DNA of 30,414 bases from IMG/VR virus record IMGVR_UViG_3300043772_001631, positions 1 through 30,414 of that record. The stretch is one strand, 5' to 3'. Within the stretch, counting starts at the first letter, position 1. Every line of letters starts with the position of its first letter. Under the pieces are notes generated by a model. The model made no database searches, was not told the origin of the DNA, and saw nothing but the letters and a program-made list of their open reading frames with translations. The stretch is from a virus (lineage: Duplodnaviria; Caudoviricetes). Made by a program: the position numbers and the translations under genes. Positions 9,684 through 18,974 of the stretch are shown here, in pieces.

Positions 9684-10859
9684 TTAATCTCGGAAAGCCC
9701 AATCAGCTAATGAATCCATAAGCGCATTTGGATTCTGCTGTGGCTGACCTTGAGGCGTTGGGTTGTTTATTGTTATGTTACCTGACTTCTTAATATGAGC
9801 TACTAATCTTTGAGATGCAGCTTCATTAGCAACTTTTTGTAAGATTTTGTTAAAGTTTTCTAATATGTAAATATCAGACATTACTTGTTGAACTTTTGGT
9901 TTTCCATCCTCGTTAAACCATCTTTCTCCAAAGTAATTATCACTATCAAAATCAGACAATGTTTCTTTCATTCTAAATCTTTCATCTTCAGCTACATTAA
10001 ATGCAATAGGTATTTCGACATCCTCGTCTTTTACCGATACATTAAATCCGTTGAAATTGTTAAATTCAGAATTTAAAGTCTGTTCATAAATTTGTCTAGC
10101 TTGTTGCATTGACTCTAATTCCTCTTGAGATTCTGCTTGTAGCTGGTCAAATCCGTAAACGTCTGGTAACTTAATTTCACTTTTAAGTTTTTCTAGCTCA
10201 GGTCTGATAACCTTCGCATCGATAATCATTCTTTTTTCAATGAACTCAATTTGAGATTGCCAATTTTGAACTTTTGTATTATAATCTTCCTCTGTTTCGT
10301 CATAACCTTGTTCTGGCTTTGGAGGAAAGTTGTAATTGTCATAAAACAAGATATCTACTTCTTCTTTAGATAGATCCTTGTATTTATTTTCAATATTGGT
10401 TTTAATAATCTCTACAGCAATATTAGCATTTATTTCTGAATTTGTAAGCTTTTCTAACCTTTTTTGTTGATCTAAGATTTGAAAAATTTCATCTGACTTA
10501 CCTTCTTTAATTGCAGCAAATAAATTTCTGCTAGTTTCATTCTCAAAATCAAACTCTGGAGTTTTTACCTCTTTAAGTTTTTTAAATTCTTGTTCTGCTT
10601 GTTCTACGCTTTCAAAACCAAATCTTTCTCTAATAAATTGATTTGGATCAAAAGATGTTTGCTCAGAAGCAGCCTGAGTTTCTGGTTGAACTTGTTGTTC
10701 GGTTTCAACATTTGTTTCTTGCGCAGCTTCAGCTGGCTCGTTGTTTACAGTAGGGGCTACTTCTACTTGTGGCTGTGCCTGTGGCACATATACATCCTCT
10801 GAAAAAGGATCGTAGCCTTCTGCTAGCTCGATTGGAGCTGACATTTGATTTTCTGGCAT
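9684..10859 (-). CDS. Putative capsid scaffolding protein
   Basis: 391 aa, very acidic, Glu/Gln-rich low-complexity N-terminus, helical character, directly upstream of the MCP gene. Confidence 0.7.
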   Translation of the reverse strand: MPENQMSAPIELAEGYDPFSEDVYVPQAQPQVEVAPTVNNEPAEAAQETNVETEQQVQPETQAASEQTSFDPNQFIRERFGFESVEQAEQEFKKLKEVKTPEFDFENETSRNLFAAIKEGKSDEIFQILDQQKRLEKLTNSEINANIAVEIIKTNIENKYKDLSKEEVDILFYDNYNFPPKPEQGYDETEEDYNTKVQNWQSQIEFIEKRMIIDAKVIRPELEKLKSEIKLPDVYGFDQLQAESQEELESMQQARQIYEQTLNSEFNNFNGFNVSVKDEDVEIPIAFNVAEDERFRMKETLSDFDSDNYFGERWFNEDGKPKVQQVMSDIYILENFNKILQKVANEAASQRLVAHIKKSGNITINNPTPQGQPQQNPNALMDSLADWAFRD

Positions 10860-10883
10860 AAAATGCTTATTTGGTTATATTTT

Positions 10884-11516
10884 TTAACAAGAAGTTACAG
10901 ACGCAACTACACCAGTAGCACTGATAGTAGCTGAGTAAATTGTAGATCCTGTCATTAATCTTAATCCGTAATAACTAGCATCTCCAAAAACAGGCATTGT
11001 TAATGCGCTATTTCCATAAAATGCAGTTACTGAAGTTGGAGTTGCTGTTGATGCATAAACTACACTAGATCCAGTTGAAACTTTAGCAGCGCAAGCATTT
11101 TGAGCTGTTGAATAACTCTCTTTAGTTAATAGATAGGCAAAAGAAGGAGCCGCTGAAACAGTTGCACCTGCAAATTGCAAATATTTACCAACAATACCAA
11201 AAGCAACATTTGCGCTAGCATTTACAGATGAAACATCTGATTTATCTGCAAGGTTTATACCTTCAACTGCTAACCAGTTTGTTGGAACTTCTGGTGCTGG
11301 TAATAAATCTCCTGTAATTTCATTATCATCATTTGTTGTTTTAAATGAAATAGTTTCAGAAGGGGTAACAATTTGAGCAACTACAGAATCCCATCCTGAT
11401 ACATCCTGATAAAAATTACCAGTCGCATTGAACGAATCTGTAGCGTCAATTACCTTACTTGTTTTATTGCTAAATTTAGTAAGACTTAATAATAATTTAC
11501 TAACTGATGTTGCCAT
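10884..11516 (-). CDS. Putative capsid decoration / auxiliary virion protein, two domains
   Basis: 210 aa, Ser/Thr/Ala-rich and beta-type, located between the portal and scaffold genes. C-terminal domain NAC...GVVASVTSC. Confidence 0.5.
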   Translation of the reverse strand: MATSVSKLLLSLTKFSNKTSKVIDATDSFNATGNFYQDVSGWDSVVAQIVTPSETISFKTTNDDNEITGDLLPAPEVPTNWLAVEGINLADKSDVSSVNASANVAFGIVGKYLQFAGATVSAAPSFAYLLTKESYSTAQNACAAKVSTGSSVVYASTATPTSVTAFYGNSALTMPVFGDASYYGLRLMTGSTIYSATISATGVVASVTSC

Positions 11517-11526
11517 TTTTTATTTT

Positions 11527-13890
11527 TTATACTGTTTGTAATTGTTGTTGTTGTGCAGCCATTTGTTCTTGCTCTTGCTGCTGAGCCATTTGTTCTTGTT
11601 GTTGCATTAAAGCCTCTTGTTGTTGATCATTTTGAACACTTATAGGAACTTCTACGTTTTGCAACATTTCTGATACTACATTTTGAAGCTCAGCAGGTAC
11701 TGGTATATTTGCTTTTGCTAAATCAAAAATACCTTGTAATATAATTTGCTTTTCTCTTGCTAAGTTTCTTTGTTGTTCAAGTGCAGAATCGGTCTGTGCT
11801 TTCATTTGTATTGACTGCATTTGACCCTCATTATTCATTTGTGAATTTTGAGCAGCTTGTTCTTGTTTAGCTTTAATATATCTCTTTTGAGCTTGTCTAA
11901 AATATAATTCTCCTAATTCAATATTTTCTCTAGCCATCTTCATTACTTTAAATGGATCTAAATACAATACTAAATCTGGATTAGAAGCAATAGCATTATT
12001 CATCATGGCATCAAGCTTAACTAAATCTAGCTCGCTTGGCATCATCTTTATTTGTGTTGAAAAATCTCTATCTCTTACTTCTTCTTCTTTAAGTAATTCT
12101 CTATACTTTTTAGCACCATAAGTTACACTCTTATTTAAAAGGCACGCAACTTTTCTTGCTGTTTCTTCCATTACATTAATATATGCTTCATACATATAAT
12201 CTGTAGCGTTATTTTGAAGAACTTGAGCAGCAGCTACGTTTTCTGAAGTTACTCTTGGCATAGCAGCTTGAGAAGCCAAACTTGGATCTTCCCCTAATTC
12301 ATCTTTTAAAACTTTATAATGGAATTCGTATAACTGAATTAACGCTTGTAATTGAGGAGCAAATCCAGTATTTGGAAGCTCGTTAATTGGAATAGGAATT
12401 GGGTTTCCTTCCGCATCTCTACCACGATAATAAAGATTACCAGTTTGTTCCCAAATCTTTTGTATTTCAATTGGTTTAGTTGAATCTCCTAAACCTAAAT
12501 CTAATTCTTGCAAAGCATCTACATTAATAGAAGCTCCTGCTGGTTTCATCTTAGCAACTAATTGTTGAATCTTTAATCTTGCTAAAATCATTTGTTCAAT
12601 CGGTTCTTCTATTTTTTCTGGAACCGATACGTTTCTCATATCATAAGTTTGATAGATATAGAAACTATAAGAAAATTCCGCATCACCAACGCTTTTGGGG
12701 TCTTGCGGACGAATCATATTCTTTTTAATGTTCCATTTAAGCATTGTCTTTGTAACTGGACAATAAATGCCTTCATAAATGTTCCATTTTTTTTCTTCAA
12801 CATATTCTTGATTTTCATCAAGTTTTTCTGGTTTACCTTTTCTAATTATGGTACTACCGTTCTTTTTTGTTTTGGTAATTGTGTAACCTTCTGAATCTAA
12901 AGTTTTAACTTCAAAATTTAATACATCAATATTCCATTCATCATAAGGACGCAAATAAGCTATATTCCAATCTTGCATCCATTTAATTTTGTCTGTTAAT
13001 TGGTATTCTTTAGAAAATTGCGCAATTTGGAATATTTGTTCTTCAGTTAATGTTCCTCCAAATTCCTTTCCAAATCTTGACCTTAAAACACTAATCTTCA
13101 TTGATGATACATGACCTCTATAAGTAGTATCACGCATATCAGGAAAATCAGAATAAGAATAAACAGCATTTTCTGGTCTAATCCAATCAACATGAACTTC
13201 ACCATTATCATCCATCCATGTATATGTACATACCAATCCTACCTCAGCAGAATCATGTAATATTCTCTCTTTTAAAACATCATTCCATCCATTAGCGTCA
13301 AAAATATTATTAACGCCCATGCTAAATTTAATTTCTTCTGGTAAACGATTGAATTCATTTACCCATAAATCTAAATCATCTTTATCTTCTGCAATAAATT
13401 GATCTTGAGGTATAATTGGAACTCCAGACTCTTGTTGTAATTGAGCAAGAACTTCTTTATTTTGGTAAACAAATTCAGCTTCATCTGCTGAATCCTTTTT
13501 TAATTTTGCAGAAAATGGATCTACGGCAGTAACAACAATTTTCTCTTTTCTTTTCATCCAAGAACCAACCAAACGAGAAACAATTGTATTTCCAATGATA
13601 ATTGATTTCCAGTTAATATTAACGTAATTAGCTTTACCATTCATTTCTAAACGATCAAGGAATACGCTCATATCCATTTTACCATTTGCAATCTGTCTAT
13701 TTTTTCTAAAACGATTATTTCTAATCCAGAAATAAGTTTGATTACCGTAAATAGTTGAGTAAATGTTTTGTGCAACTTCTTTTCCGTAAATAAAATCTTT
13801 TTTTGACTTTACATCGGTAGTCAGTTGAAAATCTTTTAACGCCTGACCACTCGCACTATTTGCGCTGATATATAATGGGCTATCTGACAA
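11527..13890 (-). CDS. Portal protein
   Basis: 787 aa directly after TerL, with crAss-like portal motifs (YVNINWK, WIRPENAVYSYS, IWEQTGNLYYRG) and a Gln-rich coiled-coil C-terminus. TTG start. Confidence 0.88.
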   Translation of the reverse strand: MSDSPLYISANSASGQALKDFQLTTDVKSKKDFIYGKEVAQNIYSTIYGNQTYFWIRNNRFRKNRQIANGKMDMSVFLDRLEMNGKANYVNINWKSIIIGNTIVSRLVGSWMKRKEKIVVTAVDPFSAKLKKDSADEAEFVYQNKEVLAQLQQESGVPIIPQDQFIAEDKDDLDLWVNEFNRLPEEIKFSMGVNNIFDANGWNDVLKERILHDSAEVGLVCTYTWMDDNGEVHVDWIRPENAVYSYSDFPDMRDTTYRGHVSSMKISVLRSRFGKEFGGTLTEEQIFQIAQFSKEYQLTDKIKWMQDWNIAYLRPYDEWNIDVLNFEVKTLDSEGYTITKTKKNGSTIIRKGKPEKLDENQEYVEEKKWNIYEGIYCPVTKTMLKWNIKKNMIRPQDPKSVGDAEFSYSFYIYQTYDMRNVSVPEKIEEPIEQMILARLKIQQLVAKMKPAGASINVDALQELDLGLGDSTKPIEIQKIWEQTGNLYYRGRDAEGNPIPIPINELPNTGFAPQLQALIQLYEFHYKVLKDELGEDPSLASQAAMPRVTSENVAAAQVLQNNATDYMYEAYINVMEETARKVACLLNKSVTYGAKKYRELLKEEEVRDRDFSTQIKMMPSELDLVKLDAMMNNAIASNPDLVLYLDPFKVMKMARENIELGELYFRQAQKRYIKAKQEQAAQNSQMNNEGQMQSIQMKAQTDSALEQQRNLAREKQIILQGIFDLAKANIPVPAELQNVVSEMLQNVEVPISVQNDQQQEALMQQQEQMAQQQEQEQMAAQQQQLQTV

Positions 13891-13911
13891 TTTAATATAA
13901 TTTTATAATGT

Positions 13912-13919
13912 CAAATATA
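13912..13919 (-). promoter_or_regulatory. -7 promoter element (TATATTTG) for the portal-capsid operon
   Basis: TAnnTTTG match 22 nt upstream of the portal start, in the intergenic gap. Confidence 0.7.
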
Positions 13920-13949
13920 ATAAATATTCGTCTAATTGATTAAAAAAAT

Positions 13950-16001
13950 TTAATTAACGAGGTTAGGCTTGTATGTTTTTACCAAAGGTTCTAATTTTCC
14001 TTGTACTGGTAATGGCTCCATTAGGCAAACCAATAACATCAAAAAAGACACAGTTTGGTCATATTCTGTTCTGTTATTTGGATCAAATTGCTTGGCGTCA
14101 TCTAGTAAATTTTGGTAATCTATTGCGTCTATATGATTTTCAAAATACATTATGCCAACATCGGTTTGTTTTGTCAAGCTAAATGGCGTGGTTGGAAATC
14201 CTTTATATCTTTCCTGACTATCTCTTTTTGCCGGATCAATTGCAGTGGTTGGGTAACTTCCCAAATATCCTACTCGACCTCTATCCCTAAAATAAGAAAG
14301 ATAATCATCAGAGTTATGCTCATACCAAACTTTGTACCCATAGAATTCGGCGGCCAGCAATACTTGCTCGTGTAGAGTTTCCTTAATTTGAGGTCTGCCA
14401 TATAAATGCCCAATAGCCTTACCGGTTTTATCTGGTTCCATTAGATTGTATCTTCTGCCAATCCATGCTGAAGCTTTAGAACCAAACTTGCCTCCTTGAC
14501 TATTACTATATCCATCGACAGCTATTGCCCCGTCCGCTATGCGCTTTGGTCGTCTTAATTTAACATCAAATGTAAACTTGTTTTCTTCTCCTTTTGGTGG
14601 GAATTGGGTAATTTTCCAATGAAAATCCTGTTCTTTATCTGTTATATTTCTCCATCTAACTATTTGATCTATATCTCTATAGAACCAAACGCTTCTAATA
14701 ATTGGTGGATTTTCCCTTAAATATTGTTCTCTATTTGAAATGTTTAAAACATTAAATATACACTTATCGGAATCAGTACTAAATGCCTCGTCAATAGTCA
14801 ATGGCTCTTTTCTAATACGGGCTGATAATGCTCTTGGGTTATTCTTAACTGTTTCCCTATCTGCCAATATCTGATCCAAAGTCTTTTCTTCATCCGCATA
14901 ACCAAAGTCATCAAAGTTTCTAGTACGTTTTGCTGACATGAAGAACCTGTACAAGCCGCTGGATGTTGTGCCATTATCTTGTCTTTTGCCTTGATCGCTT
15001 TCATCCCAAAGTAATTTAAAAGCATCCTGAACTCCATCTTTTTCTGTTGTAAGCTTCTCTACTGTAGTAGTATATAAGGCTTTACCAATTATCTTACCTT
15101 CATCATCCAGCAAGCAATAACGCACGACCTCGTGCCTGTCGTAAACGTTTACTTCTGTAGTCTTGCCGCACTCATCCGCTACATATCTATGTAATTTCTG
15201 TCCGTCATAAGCTACAGTGTCCGCCGACTGATGGTCAATTACAGAGCCTAATTCATCCTTGTCCACGCTATCCTCTGCCTTTTTACCTCTTACGTTAGTT
15301 TTTTGAAAACGCATTTCTGACTTAGGATTAACCCCCAGCGACATATCGTATTCAGGTCTAAAAAACTTAGGAAGCCTTCTAAATGGATTAACTACGGTTT
15401 TAGCAAAGAATTTCTTAGCGTCAGAACCAGTTTTAGACTGAATACCTCCGTTGGTCATCTTGGTTCTGGTAGTATACTCAGTTACAAACAAACCAGCTAC
15501 AAATGACTTACCAAAACGTCTTTTAGTTACCTCTAGCATACCCATACAAAGCGGATCTTCTATGCAATACTGCATAAAATAAAACTTTTCTAAGTCAGGT
15601 ATTCTAAATTTTGGGTAACCAATATCTATGCTCCACCATTGTAAATATAAATAGTGCATACCGGTTAAATAGGTAGGTACTCCGTTATTCATGTACCAAA
15701 ATCCATTCAATCTTCTATCCCACTCTTGTTTTTTGAATTCTTCTAGTTTATCATCATAAAACTCAAGCTCATCGTCTTTCTTTTTTTTGTCAAACTCATC
15801 CCACTTCTTCATAGTGTCCAAATACCAAATAGGCAATGGAAGTCTTTTCCAATATTGTTCTTCTTTAATTTTAGACCTTTGATATACGCCTCTATATTCA
15901 AGCTGTTTGGTCAAAATATTATAAACATAACCCTCCGGAGGAAGATTACATTCTAATCCTTGAATATCAACTACAGAACCGCCTTCAATTTTTTCGTACA
16001 T
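13950..16001 (-). CDS. terL: Terminase large subunit
   Basis: LTGMHYLYLQW, Walker A-like TKRRFGKS, Walker B YVADECGK, and nuclease-domain acidic motif AVDGY. Confidence 0.92.
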   Translation of the reverse strand: MYEKIEGGSVVDIQGLECNLPPEGYVYNILTKQLEYRGVYQRSKIKEEQYWKRLPLPIWYLDTMKKWDEFDKKKKDDELEFYDDKLEEFKKQEWDRRLNGFWYMNNGVPTYLTGMHYLYLQWWSIDIGYPKFRIPDLEKFYFMQYCIEDPLCMGMLEVTKRRFGKSFVAGLFVTEYTTRTKMTNGGIQSKTGSDAKKFFAKTVVNPFRRLPKFFRPEYDMSLGVNPKSEMRFQKTNVRGKKAEDSVDKDELGSVIDHQSADTVAYDGQKLHRYVADECGKTTEVNVYDRHEVVRYCLLDDEGKIIGKALYTTTVEKLTTEKDGVQDAFKLLWDESDQGKRQDNGTTSSGLYRFFMSAKRTRNFDDFGYADEEKTLDQILADRETVKNNPRALSARIRKEPLTIDEAFSTDSDKCIFNVLNISNREQYLRENPPIIRSVWFYRDIDQIVRWRNITDKEQDFHWKITQFPPKGEENKFTFDVKLRRPKRIADGAIAVDGYSNSQGGKFGSKASAWIGRRYNLMEPDKTGKAIGHLYGRPQIKETLHEQVLLAAEFYGYKVWYEHNSDDYLSYFRDRGRVGYLGSYPTTAIDPAKRDSQERYKGFPTTPFSLTKQTDVGIMYFENHIDAIDYQNLLDDAKQFDPNNRTEYDQTVSFLMLLVCLMEPLPVQGKLEPLVKTYKPNLVN

Positions 16002-16003
16002 AT

Positions 16004-16375
16004 TTATTTTTTACTTCCAGCAATTTCTCCCACAGCATCCGCTACACTTTCTGGGGTAAATGGTCTATTTACAACTTGAGCTACTTCTTTTTTGCCTTCT
16101 TTTGGTTCAACATTAATTCCAGCTGATACTTCTAATGCCTTTATTGATGCGGTAATAGATCCTGCATCTGTCCATAACTTTTGCAATCTTTCAAATTCTT
16201 TGTTTTTTGCATCCACTAATTCAATACTAAGTAAGCTTGTTCTGTTAAGAAGTTCAGCCATTTCGTTTGACTTTCGAATTAAGCTGTAATACAACTTAGC
16301 CGGGCCGTCTTGTTCATAGTAAGCTAGCTTTCCTTCTAAATAAGCTATTTGCTGTTTTAATTTTTCTTCTGACAT
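16004..16375 (-). CDS. Putative terminase small subunit
   Basis: 123-aa helical protein ending 2 nt before TerL. Assigned by position only. Confidence 0.45.
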   Translation of the reverse strand: MSEEKLKQQIAYLEGKLAYYEQDGPAKLYYSLIRKSNEMAELLNRTSLLSIELVDAKNKEFERLQKLWTDAGSITASIKALEVSAGINVEPKEGKKEVAQVVNRPFTPESVADAVGEIAGSKK

Positions 16376-17047
16376 TTAATTTAATGTTTTTGCATCTGAA
16401 ATTGATAAACCAACCAAAACCTCGCCATTATCAATCATTTCAGTAAGATTATCATCTATAGTAATAATTTCATTTCTTTCATTCCATTCGTTATAATATC
16501 TTACTCTAATAACTCTATCTTCGGTTCCGTTTTCATTTTGATATATAATCTCGTAATCGCTTGATTTTAAGGTTATTACAGCTTTACCTTTTAATTCTCC
16601 ACTTGTAATAAGCAATCTATCTTTTAACAAAGTATGCGGCACCCCTTCAAAAGTACCAACATAAGGTTTAAATAATCTTAATGCAGTTACAAAGTTAGGC
16701 ATTGGTTTCCATTCATCTCCCTCTTTCTCTCTCCAAAAAAAACATTCCTCCTCTGGAATAGAATAATATTTAATATTTGAGGATGCATCTGTTGTAGGCG
16801 GCAAATAATTGAAAATCCTGTAAACATCATGGGTTGAATTGTGATGTATCAAAATTTCTGCTCCTTCTGGAATATTGTTAGCACTTACAACAATTGCGTT
16901 TGTTGGTTTTACATAACGCATATTGAAGTTATCAAATTGCCTTTCTAGTCTTATTGTTGTCCCGTCAGCAAATTTGTGTGTGTTTTTGCTCTCCAAATCT
17001 ACCTTAATTACAACTCTGTTCTTTGGTGCTTTTAATCTCATAACCAC
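16376..17047 (-). CDS. Extended GroES-like protein (probably two tandem Cpn10-like domains)
   Basis: LKAPKNRVVIKV...DGTTIRL...AIVVS...EGAEILIHHN resembles a GroES fold. A second KPMPNFV unit starts mid-protein. Confidence 0.55.
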   Translation of the reverse strand: MVMRLKAPKNRVVIKVDLESKNTHKFADGTTIRLERQFDNFNMRYVKPTNAIVVSANNIPEGAEILIHHNSTHDVYRIFNYLPPTTDASSNIKYYSIPEEECFFWREKEGDEWKPMPNFVTALRLFKPYVGTFEGVPHTLLKDRLLITSGELKGKAVITLKSSDYEIIYQNENGTEDRVIRVRYYNEWNERNEIITIDDNLTEMIDNGEVLVGLSISDAKTLN

Positions 17048-17056
17048 TAAATTAAA

Positions 17057-17863
17057 TTAATTTTTTAAATTAAAAAATTTTTCTACATAATATTCAACAG
17101 CTTGTTGATGATAAAAATCAAAAGCTCCTTCTCCAGATGGAATAACATTTGGCATTACCGGAGAAAGTTCAAGAATTCTAGGAGTTTTTAAACCTTCGGC
17201 TATTTGATAACAAGAAGATTGATTACCCAAAAAGCCAATAGAATTCTTAATAAAATAAGCCACTTTTTTAAAGTCAGGCGCATCTAAATGCCCAATCCTT
17301 AAATTCCATTGGTTGCTAAAAAACTCATATTCGTCTTTTAAACCTGCAAATAAGATATGATCTTGGTATTTTCTCAAGAAAGAATAATCTATTACGCTAT
17401 TCCTGTATCTGTAAGTAAAGTTTATAATTAACTTTTCAATTTTACCCACTGACTGAGGAACTTCTAGCCATGCCTTACTTAAATCACAGCTCATTTGCGG
17501 ATAAACATAAAATATCCATCTATTTATGCTGCCATGCGGCTGGTTAGTAAATATCTCTAATCTAGCCTTATCTAAGTCATAATTAAATTCTTGTCCATCG
17601 TAAATAATATAATCTTCAATATAATCCTGTTCTATGAGTAAAGGACGCATAACATGAAACATATATTCATTCATAGCTACCTCATCTCCTATATCATTTT
17701 TAAATGGATGAATAGCTCCATTGTAACCAACTCCAGTCATATTTAAACGCTGGTAAATAATTGCTTTTTTGCCTATTTCTTTCGTCAATTGCTGTATGCC
17801 AGCAAGCATTGATAACAAGTCGCCCGCTGGGCTTGAAGTCTTAAATTTTATTACATCTTCCAT
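17057..17863 (-). CDS. Glycosyltransferase, GT-B fold, GT9 (heptosyltransferase)-like
   Basis: N-terminal PAGDLL and C-terminal IKNSIGFLGNQSSCYQIAEGLKTP, matching the GT9 IGNDSG..H.A.A...P pattern. Confidence 0.7.
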   Translation of the reverse strand: MEDVIKFKTSSPAGDLLSMLAGIQQLTKEIGKKAIIYQRLNMTGVGYNGAIHPFKNDIGDEVAMNEYMFHVMRPLLIEQDYIEDYIIYDGQEFNYDLDKARLEIFTNQPHGSINRWIFYVYPQMSCDLSKAWLEVPQSVGKIEKLIINFTYRYRNSVIDYSFLRKYQDHILFAGLKDEYEFFSNQWNLRIGHLDAPDFKKVAYFIKNSIGFLGNQSSCYQIAEGLKTPRILELSPVMPNVIPSGEGAFDFYHQQAVEYYVEKFFNLKN

Positions 17864-17869
17864 ATTTTG

Positions 17870-17877
17870 TATATTTG
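17870..17877 (+). promoter_or_regulatory. -7 promoter element (TATATTTG) for the solitary plus-strand gene
   Basis: TTTG-TATATTTG 40 nt upstream of ATG 17918, followed by an A-rich leader. Confidence 0.7.
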
Positions 17878-17917
17878 GTTGCCAAAAACAATTTATTAAT
17901 CAAAAAAACAATCAAAA

Positions 17918-18178
17918 ATGGCACAACACTTTTTAAGCTCAATCTATCGTAGAAATGCTTACGATTTGAGCAATGCAGCTGGTACTCCAGCAACTCAAGG
18001 TGTACCTGTAAGCTTCCCAGTTCAAGGTACTCTTTATACTCCAGTATCTGGCGTAGTTGCTTGCGGTGTAACAATGAATTCTGTAATTGAGGTTTTACCT
18101 ACAGGTTTAAACCAACCAACTCAGAAGTTCTACACAGCAGACACAGTTTCTACCTTGAACACAGCTTCAAACGCTTAG
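17918..18178 (+). CDS. Small beta-rich protein, possibly a capsid decoration protein
   Basis: 86 aa that fills the gap between two GT genes. It has its own promoter, A-rich start region and terminator, and MCP-like codon usage (GCT, ACT, GGT, TTC, AAC). Confidence 0.7.
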   Translation: MAQHFLSSIYRRNAYDLSNAAGTPATQGVPVSFPVQGTLYTPVSGVVACGVTMNSVIEVLPTGLNQPTQKFYTADTVSTLNTASNA

Positions 18179-18196
18179 TTTAAAAGAACTGATTTT

Positions 18197-18217
18197 AGCC
18201 CCTTCGGGGGCTTTTTT
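18197..18217 (+). terminator. Intrinsic terminator with cUUCGg tetraloop
   Basis: AGCCCC-TTCG-GGGGCT-TTTTT. Confidence 0.9.
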
Positions 18218-18974
18218 ATTTCCTTTCATTTACCCAGTCTTGTATTAAAACAGGATGCTTAAAATTTATTGGTACTAAATCTTTTACTGGATCAAACCAC
18301 AAATCAGGATTAAAAATTTCTTCTCCGTCTAATTTTGGATCATGATGCCCCATCCCAAATACGCCTTCTTGCATATTTATAATTTTTGATTTCATTACTT
18401 CTTTTTTTCTTACAAATCCGTAATGAATAATCTTAATTTCGTCTAAATAGTCTGCTATGCCCGGAGCAAATAAAGATTCAGCATCATCAAATGCCCTGTA
18501 TGATATTTTTGCCAATCTAACAACTTGATTGCTGCATGGCAATCTTTCTTGTGGCACATTTAATTCAAAATCTGGTGATTTCCATAAGTTAACCCTAGTG
18601 CATAAATAACCTTCATGATTATCATTAACAGCCCTTCTTACGGCAAGATAACTATCTTCATGCAAAACTTCGTCCGATTGAACGCTTAATATATATTGAA
18701 ATCCCAATCTATCGGCTTCCTGAATAGCCACATTGGTCAAATATGATAATCTGTATTTATCATTATACATATTCCAATCATCTTCAGTTAAATGTAAAAT
18801 CTTCAATCTGTCATCGTTTATAGACTCTAATACCTCTAAAGTATTATCTTCGCCGGGTATGTAAGAAACAATTACTTGGTCGCAACAATTAAGCATTGAT
18901 TGTATTGACTCCTTAAAACAATAATCATATTTAACTCCATTTTTAATTAACTGAACCCCACAAACTTTGTTCAT
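18216..18974 (-). CDS. Glycosyltransferase family 2-like (GT-A fold)
   Basis: IKNG...ESIQSML..CDQVIV...EDNT, QSDEVL (DxD-equivalent), VRLAK and IIHYGFVR motifs. Confidence 0.8.
   Translation of the reverse strand: MNKVCGVQLIKNGVKYDYCFKESIQSMLNCCDQVIVSYIPGEDNTLEVLESINDDRLKILHLTEDDWNMYNDKYRLSYLTNVAIQEADRLGFQYILSVQSDEVLHEDSYLAVRRAVNDNHEGYLCTRVNLWKSPDFELNVPQERLPCSNQVVRLAKISYRAFDDAESLFAPGIADYLDEIKIIHYGFVRKKEVMKSKIINMQEGVFGMGHHDPKLDGEEIFNPDLWFDPVKDLVPINFKHPVLIQDWVNERK

Noticed and set aside
11530-11630. CAA/CAG-rich repeat at the portal 3' end
   Set aside because: Ordinary Gln-rich portal C-terminal tail.
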